From Octopus vulgaris (lineage: Eukaryota), in contig OX597822.1 in NCBI GenBank assembly GCA_951406725.2, positions 45,880,001-45,944,000 on the forward strand: a stretch of 64,000 nt of DNA. Direction: 5' to 3'. Shown in pieces: positions 42,444 to 54,410 of this stretch. Below the pieces are notes generated by a model. That model worked only from the letters and a program-made list of their open reading frames with translations, made no database searches and had not been told where the DNA came from. The translations under genes and the position numbers were made by a program. Within the stretch, counting starts at the first letter, position 1; every line of letters starts with the position of its first letter.

Positions 42444-42561
42444 TAATTATTAGCAATTTGGTACCTATGTCGAAAGCAGCGACCTCTCCTTCCAGTTTCT
42501 CATTATAAACGGTGGTGCAAGAAATCCGGCTTCCAACAATGAAACATTCACTGTCCGCCAT
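42444..42561 (-). CDS. LSM12: LSM12 coding exon 1 (MADSECFIVGSRISCTTVYNEKLEGEVAAFDIGTKLLII, N-terminal Sm fold)
   Basis: Matches the LSM12 N-terminus as I recall it (F.VGS.VSC.T.....L.GEV.AFD...K.L). ATG at 42561; 118 nt, ending in phase 1 at the GTATCCTTT donor. Confidence 0.93.
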
Positions 42562-42579
42562 ATTTTGATACAGCTTCAT

Positions 42580-43260
42580 TTTCACCTTAGTGAAGACGGT
42601 TTCAGGCAGTGAATAAAAAAAAAACATATAAAATTCAAAAGTTTATTGCATACTCAAAAAATTTCACAAGTATTACAATAGCAAAAATTTTCGAAATTGT
42701 TTCCAACATCTATAAGCATTTAAGAAAAATAAAATAAATTTCTACCAAATAATAATTTAGATATTTGCATGCAGAAAAGGAAGGGGAACAAATGAAGTAC
42801 AGCATTGTTAAAATATGGAAGATTAAAAAGGTAATAATTTGTATGCCGTGAAGCAAATGAAGAAATTACATTTCTATCATTTTTAACAATTTATGCGAAA
42901 ATTTAATAAAGAATTTTAAGCATAGCATTTATCCTCTGAAATGAATCTGGATAGTAATACTGTATAAATTAAAAGAAAAAGGTAATTACAAGATGTATGT
43001 TATGTCATTCCATAATTTGCTTCTGTAGGCGTTAAGTTTTGATGCACTATACCTTAATTTTTCAAGAGGTGGGGAACCGATCAAGTAATTTTTAACATTA
43101 TAATAATTTTATCATCCAGAAAAGCATTAACTTTATGAAATATTTAAGAAGTAATTTTTTAAATTTTCCAAGGAAATTGTGATTTATATTTAATGAATCG
43201 GGAAAGGATAAGAAGTTGAAAAACTAAGAATGCAGCTCATCACGTAAAACGTGGTTACAG
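42580..43260. promoter_or_regulatory. Putative bidirectional promoter between LSM12 and the boule-like gene
   Basis: Divergent gene starts about 0.7 kb apart; no recognisable transposon; lies in a CpG-retaining domain. YY1-like AATATGGCGG overlaps the LSM12 ATG. Confidence 0.55.
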
Positions 43261-43266
43261 AGCACC

Positions 43267-43330
43267 ATGTGGACACGAATAACAAACATGGACTTTGCTT
43301 TCCCACTTGTGATTAGAAACCAAGCTGAGG
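43267..43330 (+). other. Probable upstream exon of the boule-like gene (ATG in GCACCATG context, MWTRITNMDFAFPLVIRNQAE, donor G|GTGAGT)
   Basis: Strong donor at 43331; polypyrimidine tract at about 44195-44220; first downstream AG at 44244-44245. The exon's 5' end is unknown. Confidence 0.5.
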
Positions 43331-44300
43331 GTGAGTAGTCGCTCCATACATCCGTTATGTATGTACCTGATTGCTTGCGTGTCGTGCTCAAGTTACCCTT
43401 AATTGCGATTCAATTCTAAAGGTATTTAATTTAACTTTATATATTAATGTTTACCTTTCAATCACAGTAAATATGTGTATAAACATGTATATATATATAT
43501 AGTATATACACATACATATAATTAAATATACATACCCACATTTTGTATTACAGGTTGTTGAGTGAAGATGTATTAAAAAAAAAAAAAAAACGAATTCAGT
43601 GTTCAGAATGAAGAACTAAAAAGTAAAGCATTATTAATAGATAATTACAAATATATATTTTCTTTCGAACCATTATATTTCTGTCGAAAGTTCATTCTTC
43701 CAACTAATCTTTTACCATTTGTACTCACTAAATCTCTCGTTTAGCTGTTACCATGTTAAAAGTTGCTTGGTTTTTTTTTTTTTTTTAATGAACTTTACCC
43801 TCTGCATTATTTTGTGCTATCATTATTAAAAAATATGTATATATTTCCCTACTTTCGGTAACAATAACTTTTTTTTGTTTCTATTCAAATTTATTTATTG
43901 AAAAGCTGGCTGCAGCCGAGTCCAAATTTAGATTCTCTCTCCATCACACACATTTATTCTAAAAGGGGTGTTAGCCCTAACTATCGGTTTAAAAAAAAAG
44001 AAAGAAAGGAAATTCCACCTAGATAGCAAATTCTATAAAATTCAGACTTCATTCACAAACAGAGGTGTGGGGCTCTTTCTATAGGCTGTTTTTTTTGTAT
44101 GTGTATAGGTAATTGTTTTAATTTAATTCTTAAAAAAAAAAAAAATTAAAAACACCTAGTCTATTAAACGAATAAGCTTTGTCTGTATACTAAATTTCTT
44201 TATTTTTCTTTCTTTCTCTATATCACTATCTGTTGCTGCTACCAGTGTCACACACCAGACCCAGCCAGCCTTACACAACACAGTTTCTTCGGCTTCCGCT

Positions 44301-45371
44301 ATGACCAGCGGTACGGTAACCACCGGTGCTCAGTTCGGTACCTATATACCTCAAAGGATTTTTGTTGGTGGAATTCCAAGAGATACGACTGAAAATGACC
44401 TAAAATCTTTCTTCACCTCGCACGGATCGGTCAAAGACTCGAAAATCATCATCGACAAAGGAGGCGCCTCTCGTGGCTACGCTTTTATTACTTTTGAAAA
44501 ACAAGAGGACGCCGAACGTCTCGCGTCCAAAGATGGGGAACCAATTTTCTTTCGTGGCCGAAGGCTTAATATCGGTCCCGCTGTCAAGCGTCACATACCA
44601 CACCAGAGTCCATCTCCCACGGTTGACGCCAGAGAAGTAACCCCAAATGCAGTTTATTACAACGGGCTCGGCTATGCCTATCAAAATGCCATGACCTTGT
44701 TGCAAGCCGACGACAACTATACAGTGGCACCAACTTCCGCCTATCCAGCCAGTACTGTCTTACTTTCACAACCTCAGAATAGCTATATTACGCCGGCTAC
44801 CAATTATTCCTACCATCTCGGTTCTACTCAGTGGCTGCCACCTGCCGCTCACTGGACTATTGCCCAACCGTCTGCCACAAGTCCGTACCTGAACGCCAAC
44901 CCGGCTTACTACTATGCTGCTAACTTACCTAGCGTCCAGTACGCACCCGAGTTTATGTACCAGGCTCAAGCTGCTACTGGAGCTGCAACTGGCTACCCAT
45001 ACTCTCATGCTGCCAGTCCTGTAGACCCAAGTCAGTACATTGAAAACTATCAACTGGAAACTCAGGGCAACGAAGCTACAGACAACGGGAATGGATCGTC
45101 AGAAATGGCCTCAGAATATTTACAAACGCAAACGGCGCCACTGCCGACAAAACCTACCCTTATCGCCTACCCGCGTCGACCGAACGTTGCAATGAGCGCC
45201 CACCTACATCAACCCTATTCGAATGCTGTCCTACTGAAACACCCAAAGAAAGGCCCCACGGTCATACCGTCTACCCCACAAAGTATTTTGCAGAAGTCTT
45301 TCACTACGGAACCTGTCGACGGAGTTGGCAATTTATTACTGACACCCCCTGCAACGCCGAGTACCAAATAA
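44301..45371 (+). CDS. boule: Boule/DAZ-family RNA-binding protein: N-terminal RRM plus Y/P/A/Q-rich low-complexity tail; single-exon ORF
   Basis: FGTYIPQRIFVGG (RNP2 context), RGYAFITF (RNP1) and LNIGPAVKR match Boule family signatures (YGT.IPNRIFVGG, KGYGFVTF, LNIGPAIRK). Intact 356-aa ORF with GC content above the flanks. Confidence 0.85.
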   Translation: MTSGTVTTGAQFGTYIPQRIFVGGIPRDTTENDLKSFFTSHGSVKDSKIIIDKGGASRGYAFITFEKQEDAERLASKDGEPIFFRGRRLNIGPAVKRHIPHQSPSPTVDAREVTPNAVYYNGLGYAYQNAMTLLQADDNYTVAPTSAYPASTVLLSQPQNSYITPATNYSYHLGSTQWLPPAAHWTIAQPSATSPYLNANPAYYYAANLPSVQYAPEFMYQAQAATGAATGYPYSHAASPVDPSQYIENYQLETQGNEATDNGNGSSEMASEYLQTQTAPLPTKPTLIAYPRRPNVAMSAHLHQPYSNAVLLKHPKKGPTVIPSTPQSILQKSFTTEPVDGVGNLLLTPPATPSTK

Positions 45372-46421
45372 AAACTTTTCGGCGATTGTGGACTGATATA
45401 TTTCCTTTCCTCTCACTCTCTGTGTTGGTACCAGAACTTTGGTAACTTGCAAACAGCAATTAACAACCTATAAAAAAAATATTTAAAACCCCTCAGAAAT
45501 AAGCCACTCTTATCTAGTTTACTTTTTCATTAATATGACAAAATGTAAAAAAAAACAAAAAAAAAAACTAATTTATTAAACTCCTAATCCTTGTCTTTTT
45601 TTTTTCCTACAAAAGGATTAAGGCGATAACTAGAATGCACCTTCTCTCACACTCTCCTCCTCTATTCTGTTATCGATAATTCCCCTCGCACTGGGAGGGG
45701 TGAAAAAAAAGAAGTTGCTTAATGTTACCTTCCAGGCCACCCGACCACTCACATCCTAATCTTCAACTCTTGTCACTTTGACCCCTTCTATCTTTCACCC
45801 CTTCCCCCTTCTATCTTTCTCTCTCACCCCCTCCCCCTTCGAGAAATATATAATTTTCTTTTGCTTGCTATATATTAACGACAGGATGATAAGAAACGCT
45901 CCACCATCACCATTATTACTTAACGAGCCTGTCTGAAAATTAAAATCTCGACATGCACACACATGCTTTAGGAGGGCGGGAGTGGACTTAGCTTTCTGCC
46001 ACCCACCTATACCACCATTTTTTTTTTTTTAATGTGCCCCTCCCCTACATCAGATTTCCACCCCCATTGGCACTATGAAGGAAAGATCAGTTGGAGTCTT
46101 TCTACACACAATTATATAACACACACACACACAAAGGTAGACTCGATTGTTGTTAGTACTTGTCCAGTTTAACATGTACCGACAATATGCACACATGCAT
46201 GCATTCAAAGTGCAGTATTTATCTTGTACACACAAACACACACACGTACATACATCTGCCAAATGAACTGCTGGAAATATATAAGCAGAGATTTTGTGTG
46301 CTCCTAGCATATATATTACAAACAACACATACACACACATCTATATAGCACTCGGACACAGTTCCATTACAGCTGGCACAGTCAGCCTCTCATATAATGA
46401 ATGTATCTTCTGAAGAAAGTG

Positions 46422-46443
46422 AATAAAAAAAAATGGTAATAAA
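46422..46443 (+). terminator. Candidate polyadenylation signals of the boule-like gene (two AATAAA)
   Basis: AATAAA at 46422 and 46438 followed by T-rich sequence; would give a 3' UTR of about 1.1 kb. Confidence 0.5.
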
Positions 46444-49400
46444 AGGTAAAAAAGAAATGTCTTGTTTACATTCTATTTAAACTGCAATTTCCATCCTTTT
46501 TTCTGTTTTTGATATTTCTTAAACTAAATTTAATTTCTTTTCGGTGAAACGTTATTTTACACAGTAAAATAATTTTGTCCACTTCACGAAATATTTTCTC
46601 AACTGGTCCTATCAATTGAATTCACTATTAAATTAACGTGCAAGTGGATGACTATTTCAGACACGTGTACCCTTATCGTAATTCTCAGGTCTAATCTGCC
46701 CGACATATGTGACCTGGTTGAACTTTTTTGAACTGCCGGTACAGTCTATCCAACAGTTTCTATCTACCCAATTTCGCCACAAATTTGTGGTTTAGGGTTA
46801 AAAAATATATAAAATTAGCGAGTTATGCTGAAGGGTTGAACTCCGGGTCTCGTGATTGCGAAGCGAACTTCGTTAACCATTCAGCTATGCTCGTTCTCTT
46901 TCAACTGGAATTTAACCCCTGACCAACCCTAAATTATTAGACATTTTGGTCGTGGCCATCTCGTTTTATTGTAGATCCAATACTGCATTGTTCAGTTTGA
47001 CTTTTAAAAAAATTCGGCTGCTATTTCTAACAGCTCGGTGGAAGATATCTCTTGACCGAAGTTGTACAAGGTCTGTGTTTGCTCCTTGTTTTCAGTTTCT
47101 CCAAAGACCCAACTGAACTCTCGTCTTCAACTTCAACAGTTCCCAGTCCCAACACTGCCCTGGTCGTGCAGACCTGATCAAAGGAGTTTATTTTAAACCA
47201 GACGTAAAGTAACCCTTTACTTCATAGAAATGTTTTATTTCTACGTGGGGGAAATTTGGTTACTATAAGTTTACATTGAAGAGACTTGGTCGTTGACAAG
47301 GGCCTCATAAGTTAACGCAGTGAACCATTTCATACGAGGCAATTAGTGTTATCTTCGTCTGTGATCTGTCACTGTACTACCCTTCCTCTATTTGCCTGGC
47401 AACTAAATTCTGACCCCACGTTGTTGGCTTGTCACCAGTAACCGATTTTCCTGTTGAAACCTACTGTAAATTTACCTTGTTGGGGAGGGGTTAAGCCAAT
47501 TTTTTAAAAACTTTTTTTTGAATTTTCATGCTGCAGTTTGCCGTAGCTATTCAAAGTAAACACAAGTGAATTGTCGCCTGTAGTGGTCTTCTTTGAAAAA
47601 AAAATGTTTGACTGTCCTTAAGGTTGTTTTGCTTTTTTTTTTCAATGCTTCTGATTGTATAGTAACGAAAAAAAAAACGCAATTGTCTTTAAAATGATAT
47701 ACACCGTATATCGTTGAAAAATATTTCCTAAGCTTCAGTAGGGGCTCGCTATTAACTTAGTTTTTGCAGTGTTGTTTCTCTAAGCATACACTAAGAAGTC
47801 CCTATCGTCGCCAATTTTTTCCCCTACGTTACTCCACTTAATGAATGGACTAGACACTTTACCGGCGCAAAATTCTTTACTTCATGGTATTGGACAGTTT
47901 AGTATAAAAAAAATCTATTTGTCGCCATCCTCCTTTGCAATCACAGGGTTCCTGTTAGGAACACTGCAATCAGCAAGAAGTACTCAGTGATTGAATCGGA
48001 CAGATGAGCAACGTGGTTTTGATTCCTATGGTGTCAGGGAGGTCGTTTTAATTTCTCTTACTGTTGTCAGTCAAATCCAGCCCTCACTTTATTCTCCAGC
48101 TTGAAAGTTTTTTTTTTTTTTTTCTGTGTGTAAGATTAATGGAAATATCGTTTCATTTGTTCAGTTACCAAGTCAACATAGAACTGACTGATTATGAAAG
48201 CCATGACCATCTTGATAGGATGTGATTTGAGGAAGATTGAGCTGCTCTGTCTTGCAAGTCAAACGACTACGTAGGGAAGATTCCTTCATTTGGTTTGTTT
48301 TTAGCTACCGGCATTCATATTGGTGTGAGATGAAGTCGTTTGCTGTTCTTCTGCTGCTAGCATGATCTGAAGTTGTCTTTCGCTAGTGAAAAGAAATTAG
48401 CAACAGGAAGGAATTGCTAGTTTAATAACAACCAATAGTAACTGGATACCTTGTGGGTGGGAGTTCAAGTCTTTAACGTCACTTTTCTCTTATGCTATCT
48501 CGTCTAAAGATTTATTACCAACACAACTGCTTACTTATCCTGATAGAAATAACAACTATATCTACCTCCTCAAATTAGTAAACTTTCTTCAAAATTTGCT
48601 AGCCAAAAATGGATATTGATTAGTGTTGGTGGGGGGGGGGGATGAAAATTGACGGCCAGCTTTCAAGAGCCGAGAATACTACTGATAAGTCGGAAGGGCA
48701 GAGAAGATAATTGTCATCACCATTTTAACGTCCCATTTTTCATGCATGGGAATCTGGGGCAGATTTTTTTTATACCAGATGCCTTTCCTGTCGCCAGCCT
48801 TTACTCGTTTCCAAGCAAGGTAATATTTTCCCATAGTCAGATGTTTCTTTTTTGCAGAATTTTGGAAATAGCATTGCTTTTATGCCAATCATTTTAACAA
48901 CTATCACGCGATGCCAAGATATAGAAAGACACGCTCACATGCATACGTATATATATATTATATTATGTATGTAGTTCAAATTTACAGAAAACAGAAGACG
49001 AGGGGAGGTGTAGGAACAACAAGCAGGTGTATTAATTTAATGTTTGGAAAAAGTAGAAAAGTCTTTTACATTTTGAACCAACACTCTTCGACAAAGGATT
49101 AAGAGCGAGGAAGAAAACGGAGAGGAAATGTGTGCAAATATATATAAAGATCTATGTATAAATTTCATTTGACTGCGGCCAGGCTGGAGCACTGCTTTCA
49201 GTCGAACAAATCGATCCCAGGACTTATTTTTTGTAATATATATAATGTGTGTATATATGCAGAGAAGGAGGACGGGCTTCTTTCAGTTTCTATCTACCAA
49301 ATCAACTCGCAAGGGTCGGCCTGGGGCTAGAGTAGAAGACATTTCCCCGAGATGCAACGCGGTGGGACAGAACCTTGTAGTCTGCGCCTATAAATACGAA

Positions 49401-49609
49401 GTGGCGGAAATGTTTCAACGGATTGTTCTACAAATAATGTAAATGCAATTGTTTCTCGTATGTTGAGAGTTGAAAAAGTTTGACATAAAACAGCTCAATA
49501 TTCGTCTTTTTAAAACCGAAACAGGTAAGGGAGATAACTCCTATTAGCAGAGCATTTGGTCAAAGTTTTCTGGCAATGTAGATCAGGGTTCTACAGTTCT
49601 AGACTTAAG

Positions 49610-49970
49610 AGATGAGGAATTATGTATATTATTTACAATTGACGGATATTTGTCCTCATCTTGTTTGTTGTAAACACAACATTTCGGCTGATAATCCCTC
49701 CAGCCTTCATCAGGTGTCTTGGAGAAATTTCGAACCTGGGTTCTCATTCCTAATGTATTTTTCCATGTTGTTATTATTCAGGTCACTGACTGGAATCGAA
49801 CTCAGAATCTCGGGGTTAGTAGCCTGCGCTCTTAACCTGAATAATAATAATAATAATAATAATAACATCGAAAAATACCTTAGAAATGAGAACCCAGGGT
49901 ATATCAGCCGAAACGTTGTCAACAACAAACAAAATGAGGACAAATATCCGTCAATTGTAAATAATGTAGA
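49610..49970. mobile_element. Inverted pair of a short repeat with a tRNA-like head and hammerhead core
   Basis: About 49620-49780 is the reverse complement of about 49860-49968 (the latter has an internal deletion); tRNA-like segment at 49790-49836 (-). Confidence 0.7.
49672..49719 (-). ncRNA. Minimal type I hammerhead ribozyme motif
   Basis: Minus strand reads AGACAC CTGATGA A GGCTG-N10-CAGCC GAAAT GTT GTGTTT: stem I, core, stem II and a vestigial stem III. Confidence 0.6.
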
Positions 49971-50659
49971 TGAGGGGTTCCCCCAACCATCAGGCCACTG
50001 GCCAGTGTTGGGCCACACCAAAAAAAAGAAGAGAATTTAAAAATTTATTTTTATTTGATCAACTATCACAATCTGCAGGGTGTTATATATGTATTAATTA
50101 GATTCTGTACTATGCACTTCGTTTTGTTATGCTTTTGATCCCCTCTGTCCTTGGAAATATTGTTTTACATGATATTGGTCCGAGGTGCAAAAACGGTTGG
50201 CGACCGCTGACGTAGACAATGGACATTGTTGGAGATTTTGTCTTTGAAGCCAATCGACCTTTTAGCATTTAAACCAGCCCAGAATATTCTTCCTGTTCTC
50301 TGTTTAAACCTGCCAAATCAGACTTCTCACACCTACTCTACAATGTCATTCTAAAAATAAACAATTCCATTGAACTCTCTGAGCGACGAGATAATGCATA
50401 ATTAATTTCAAACAATGAATAAGCATTATATTTGACAGAGTAATCAGAATGCTAAAGTGTTAAATATGATATGCATTAAAGTTTAAAATATGGGGAGAAA
50501 AGAAAACCCCTTTTTTTTTTTTAACATTCAAGCATTAGCATGGATTTTCTAAAGCTTTAAATTGTTCCAGCATGGGTACTTTTTATGCAGAATTGGCACA
50601 GGTGTTTTGATGCGGCACCATCAACCATGCAAGGTGAGGGCCTTGGCTGAGAGAGGGAG

Positions 50660-51570
50660 TTGAGGGCTTGGCTGTAAAGGACCTGCTCTTATGTATGGAT
50701 GACCATGATTTTATGTAGGTCAACGTGTCTTCTCAAGCACAGCACAAACCACTAAAGGTTTCAGTCCTTTGTTTTCTCCTCAGTGAATCCAATATCTGCA
50801 GATCCTTTTTCATCACTTCATCCCATGTCTTCCTGGATCTACCCTCATGTTCCCTCCACATTTTCTTCATGCAGCTGTCCTCATCCATGTGCATTCACAT
50901 GACCATACCACTACAGCCGTTTTCTCTTGCATGCTACAATCGATACCTCTTCAACCCAATTTTTCTCTCAGATGCACACTGACATCACCCACCCAGCAGA
51001 TCATGCTGGCTTAATTTCTTTCAAGTCTTCACATGTCCTCTGTAGCCACAACCCATGTTTCGCTGCCACGTAGCATAGCTGTAAGCACACAAACATCATA
51101 CAATCTGCCATTCACTCTAAAGGAGGGGCCTTTTGTTACCAGTAAAAGTAGTAGCTCTCTGACCTTTACCCAGAATGTTATTCTAGCTACTACACTTTCA
51201 GAATTTCCTCCTCCGCTGCTAACTTGGTGGACTTGATACTTCTATCTACTTCTAAGGATCTCCACCCCACCAGACATTTGAGGAAGTCTATTCTCTGTAC
51301 ATTCTTAGTGTTTATTGTATCTGCACATCTGCTACTACTTCCTCTGTTAACCTTCCTCTGATACTTCTGCACCCCTTATCTGTGCATAGCTTGCACCAGG
51401 TACACCATATGGAGTTTCTATCAACATCTTTCCTACATATTGAGCAAGGCCACCTCCTGAAGGAATTTGTGATTTGTCTACTTTCCTACTTGCTAGGACA
51501 TTGGTCTTTGCTAAATTAACTCTTTGATTTCTGACCTTACTTCCACACCTGAAATTTCATCTCTAGTTCA
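50660..51570 (-). mobile_element. RTE LINE 3' fragment, degenerate
   Basis: Reverse complement of the 53.4-kb and 58.4-kb RTE sequences. Confidence 0.75.
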
Positions 51571-52442
51571 GGTGTGTGTATCCACATCATCATCATCATT
51601 ATCATCATCATCATTTAACATCCATTTTCCATGCTAGCATGGGTTGGACGGTTCAACCGGGGTCTTGGAAGCCAGGAGGCTGCACCAGGCTCCAGTCTGA
51701 TCTGGCAGTGTTTCTAATTCCAACCACTCTGTGAGTGTAGTGGATGCTTTTTATGTGCCACCAGCACAGGGGCCAGAGGAGGCTGGCAATAGCCACGATT
51801 ATTTGGTGCCTTTTACGTGCCACTGGCACGGAAGCCATTCAAGGCGGCACTGGCATCGGCCACGTTTGGATGGTGCTTTTTACCTGCCACTTAAACGTGT
51901 ATCCAACTACAATTTCCATTTGATTTTTATTTTGATGTTGATGTTGATGTACTTGGCTCAATAGGTCTCCTCAAACACAGACTCTCCTGTTGAAGACAAC
52001 ATACAAGTGTTCAGATTTAGCCAAACAACCTGCATAAAGGATTTGTTTATAGTGATTTAAAAGTATGTGCTGTTCATTAACTCAATCCTCACATCATATT
52101 GATGTTGTCTGAATGGATGCATGGTGTACCATGTGTCAAGTGTTGAAGTGATTGCAGAGCAATGTGGGAAGAAGAGTTTTGTGCAAGAACACACAGCATC
52201 ACCTAGTCTAGGAACTGAAACCACAATCTCATGACTGTGAGTGCAACACCCTAACTACCAGGCCAGGCATCCTCATATATATGTTTCTCTCCTTGTTTTC
52301 TTCTGTGTATCTTTCTGTCGAAGAGCGTAGGCTCGAAATGTAAAAGACTTTTTCTATTTCTATTCCTAAGCGCTATACTAATACATTTGTTTGTTTGTAC
52401 TCCACCTGCCTTCGTCTTTTGTTTATTTTCATAAACCTTCCC

Positions 52443-52473
<31 letters not shown>

Positions 52474-52655
52474 GGAGTTTAACGCAGGTATAATTCAAAT
52501 ATTTTTACTTCCGACACAAAATATTCCACGTAAACCTGAAGTTTCTACCTTTAAAAACAAGGAGTTACAACCTCTTTATTTATGTGATTTTTTGCTACCC
52601 TGGTAATTATTTATCTATTTTTTTCCGTGTTAATTGTTAACAAGGGAAAAATACA

Positions 52656-52689
<34 letters not shown>

Positions 52690-52692
<3 letters not shown>

Positions 52693-53351
52693 GGGTTGGA
52701 CAAAACAATGGGAACACCTGGCATCATAATTTTGAAATATCTATAAAATCATAAAATCACCAAAAGCTTGTTTATTTTTATGTTTTTAATATGTTTTGCT
52801 AAAATTGTTGTTTCTTTTCAGATATCATCAGAAAAAAGTAATTAAAATTCATTAAAATGACAGATCTATCGGACTTTCAAAGAGGTTAAATTGTTGGTGC
52901 TCATATGGCAGGGTCTAGCATAACAAAAACAGATAAAATGTTTGGTGTATCAAGAAGCACTGCCTTGAAAGTAACAACAGCCTTTGAGAAAGAGGGAAAT
53001 ACCTCTTTGTCAAAACAAAACCCTGGAAGAAAACCAAAGCTTTCAGATAGGGACCATCAGACTCTTACGCAAATTGTTAGAAAGGATCACAAAGGTACAT
53101 CTCCCAAAATTACTGCAGATCTTAATGACCACCTCGAGAATCAAATTTCTACAAAAACTGTTCACCGGGTGCTACACAAAGCTGGATATCATGGGAGGGC
53201 TGCAATCAAAAAACCACTACTTTCAAAAACAAACGTTGCAAAGTATTTAGAGTGGAGTAAAAACCTACAGAATTGGTCCCTAGAGCAGTGGAAGAATGTT
53301 ATTTTCTCAGACGAGTCATCCTTTACCTCATTTCCAACCACTGGCCGAGTA
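52690..53351 (+). mobile_element. 5' half of a Tc1-like transposon (transposase pseudogene)
   Basis: TA-CAGGGGTTGGACAAAA left TIR after (TA)n; MTDLSDFQRG* start; GRKPKLS, KKPLLS and VIFSDES motifs; truncated by an RTE fragment. Confidence 0.88.
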
Positions 53352-54410
53352 TAAACACTGAAGATGTACAGAAAACAGATTCCATCACACACCAAGGGGA
53401 GAAACTAGAAGTAGTTGATAGCTTCTGCTACCTAGGCAACTAAGTCTGTAGTGGAGTGGTTTCTCTGAGAGTGTAGTGGCTAGAATAAGAATAGTCTAGG
53501 CAATGTTCAGGGAGCTCCTACCTCTGCTGGCAACTAAGGGGCTCTCACTCAGGATGAAAGGTAGAGAGTATGATGCATGTGTGCAAACTGCCATGCTACA
53601 CGGCAGTGAATCATGGGCCATGAATGCTGAGGACATGTGTAGGCTTGAAAGAAATGATGCTAGTATGATCCACTGCATTTGTAATGTCAGTGTGCATACA
53701 TAACAGAGTGTAAGTGCCCTGAAAGAAAAGTTGGGCATAAGAGGCATCAAATGTAGTATGCAAGAGAGGCGACTGTGCTGGTATGGTCATGTGTTATGTA
53801 TGGATAAGGACACCCTAACTGTGGAAGGAACCTGTGGTAGAGGTAGACCCAGGAAGACTTGGGATGAGGTGGTGAAGCATGACCTTTGAATGTTGGGCCT
53901 CACAGTGGCAATGACAGGAGACCTAGACCTTTGGAGATAAGTTATGATTGAGAAAACTCGACAACTAAAGTGAGATTGCAGCTATGGCTGATGCCAATGT
54001 TGTATGTCCAGCCCATTTAAGAGTACCCTTGATGTGTTGGGTGATATGATATGATATGCTTGAGAAAACCTGTTGAGTCGAGTAAAACCAAAATGTTGCT
54101 GTGGCCAGTACTCCTGACTGGCTCCTGGTTCAGTGGCATGTAAAATGCATCATCTGAATATGGTCAATGCCAGTACCCCCTGACTGGCTTCCATGCTGGT
54201 GGCACATAAAAAGCACTATCCAAACATGATCGATGTCACGCCCACCTGACTGTCTCCCATGCTGGTGGCACGTAAAAAGCACCCATTATACTCTCGGAGT
54301 GGTTGGCTTTAGGAAGGGCATCCAGCTGTAGAAGCATTGCCAGATCAGACTGGAGCCTGGGGCAGCCTTCTGGCTCTCCAGACTTCAGTCAAACCTATGA
54401 TGATGATGAT
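53352..54410 (+). mobile_element. RTE-clade LINE 3' fragment with tandem-repeat 3' UTR and (GAT)n tail
   Basis: LEVVDSFCYLG, MLHGSESWA and GRGRPRKTW motifs, with stop codons. Confidence 0.85.

Noticed and set aside
44400-44769. Antisense ORFs within the boule-like CDS
   Set aside because: Shadow frames of a GC-richer coding region with no recognisable motifs.
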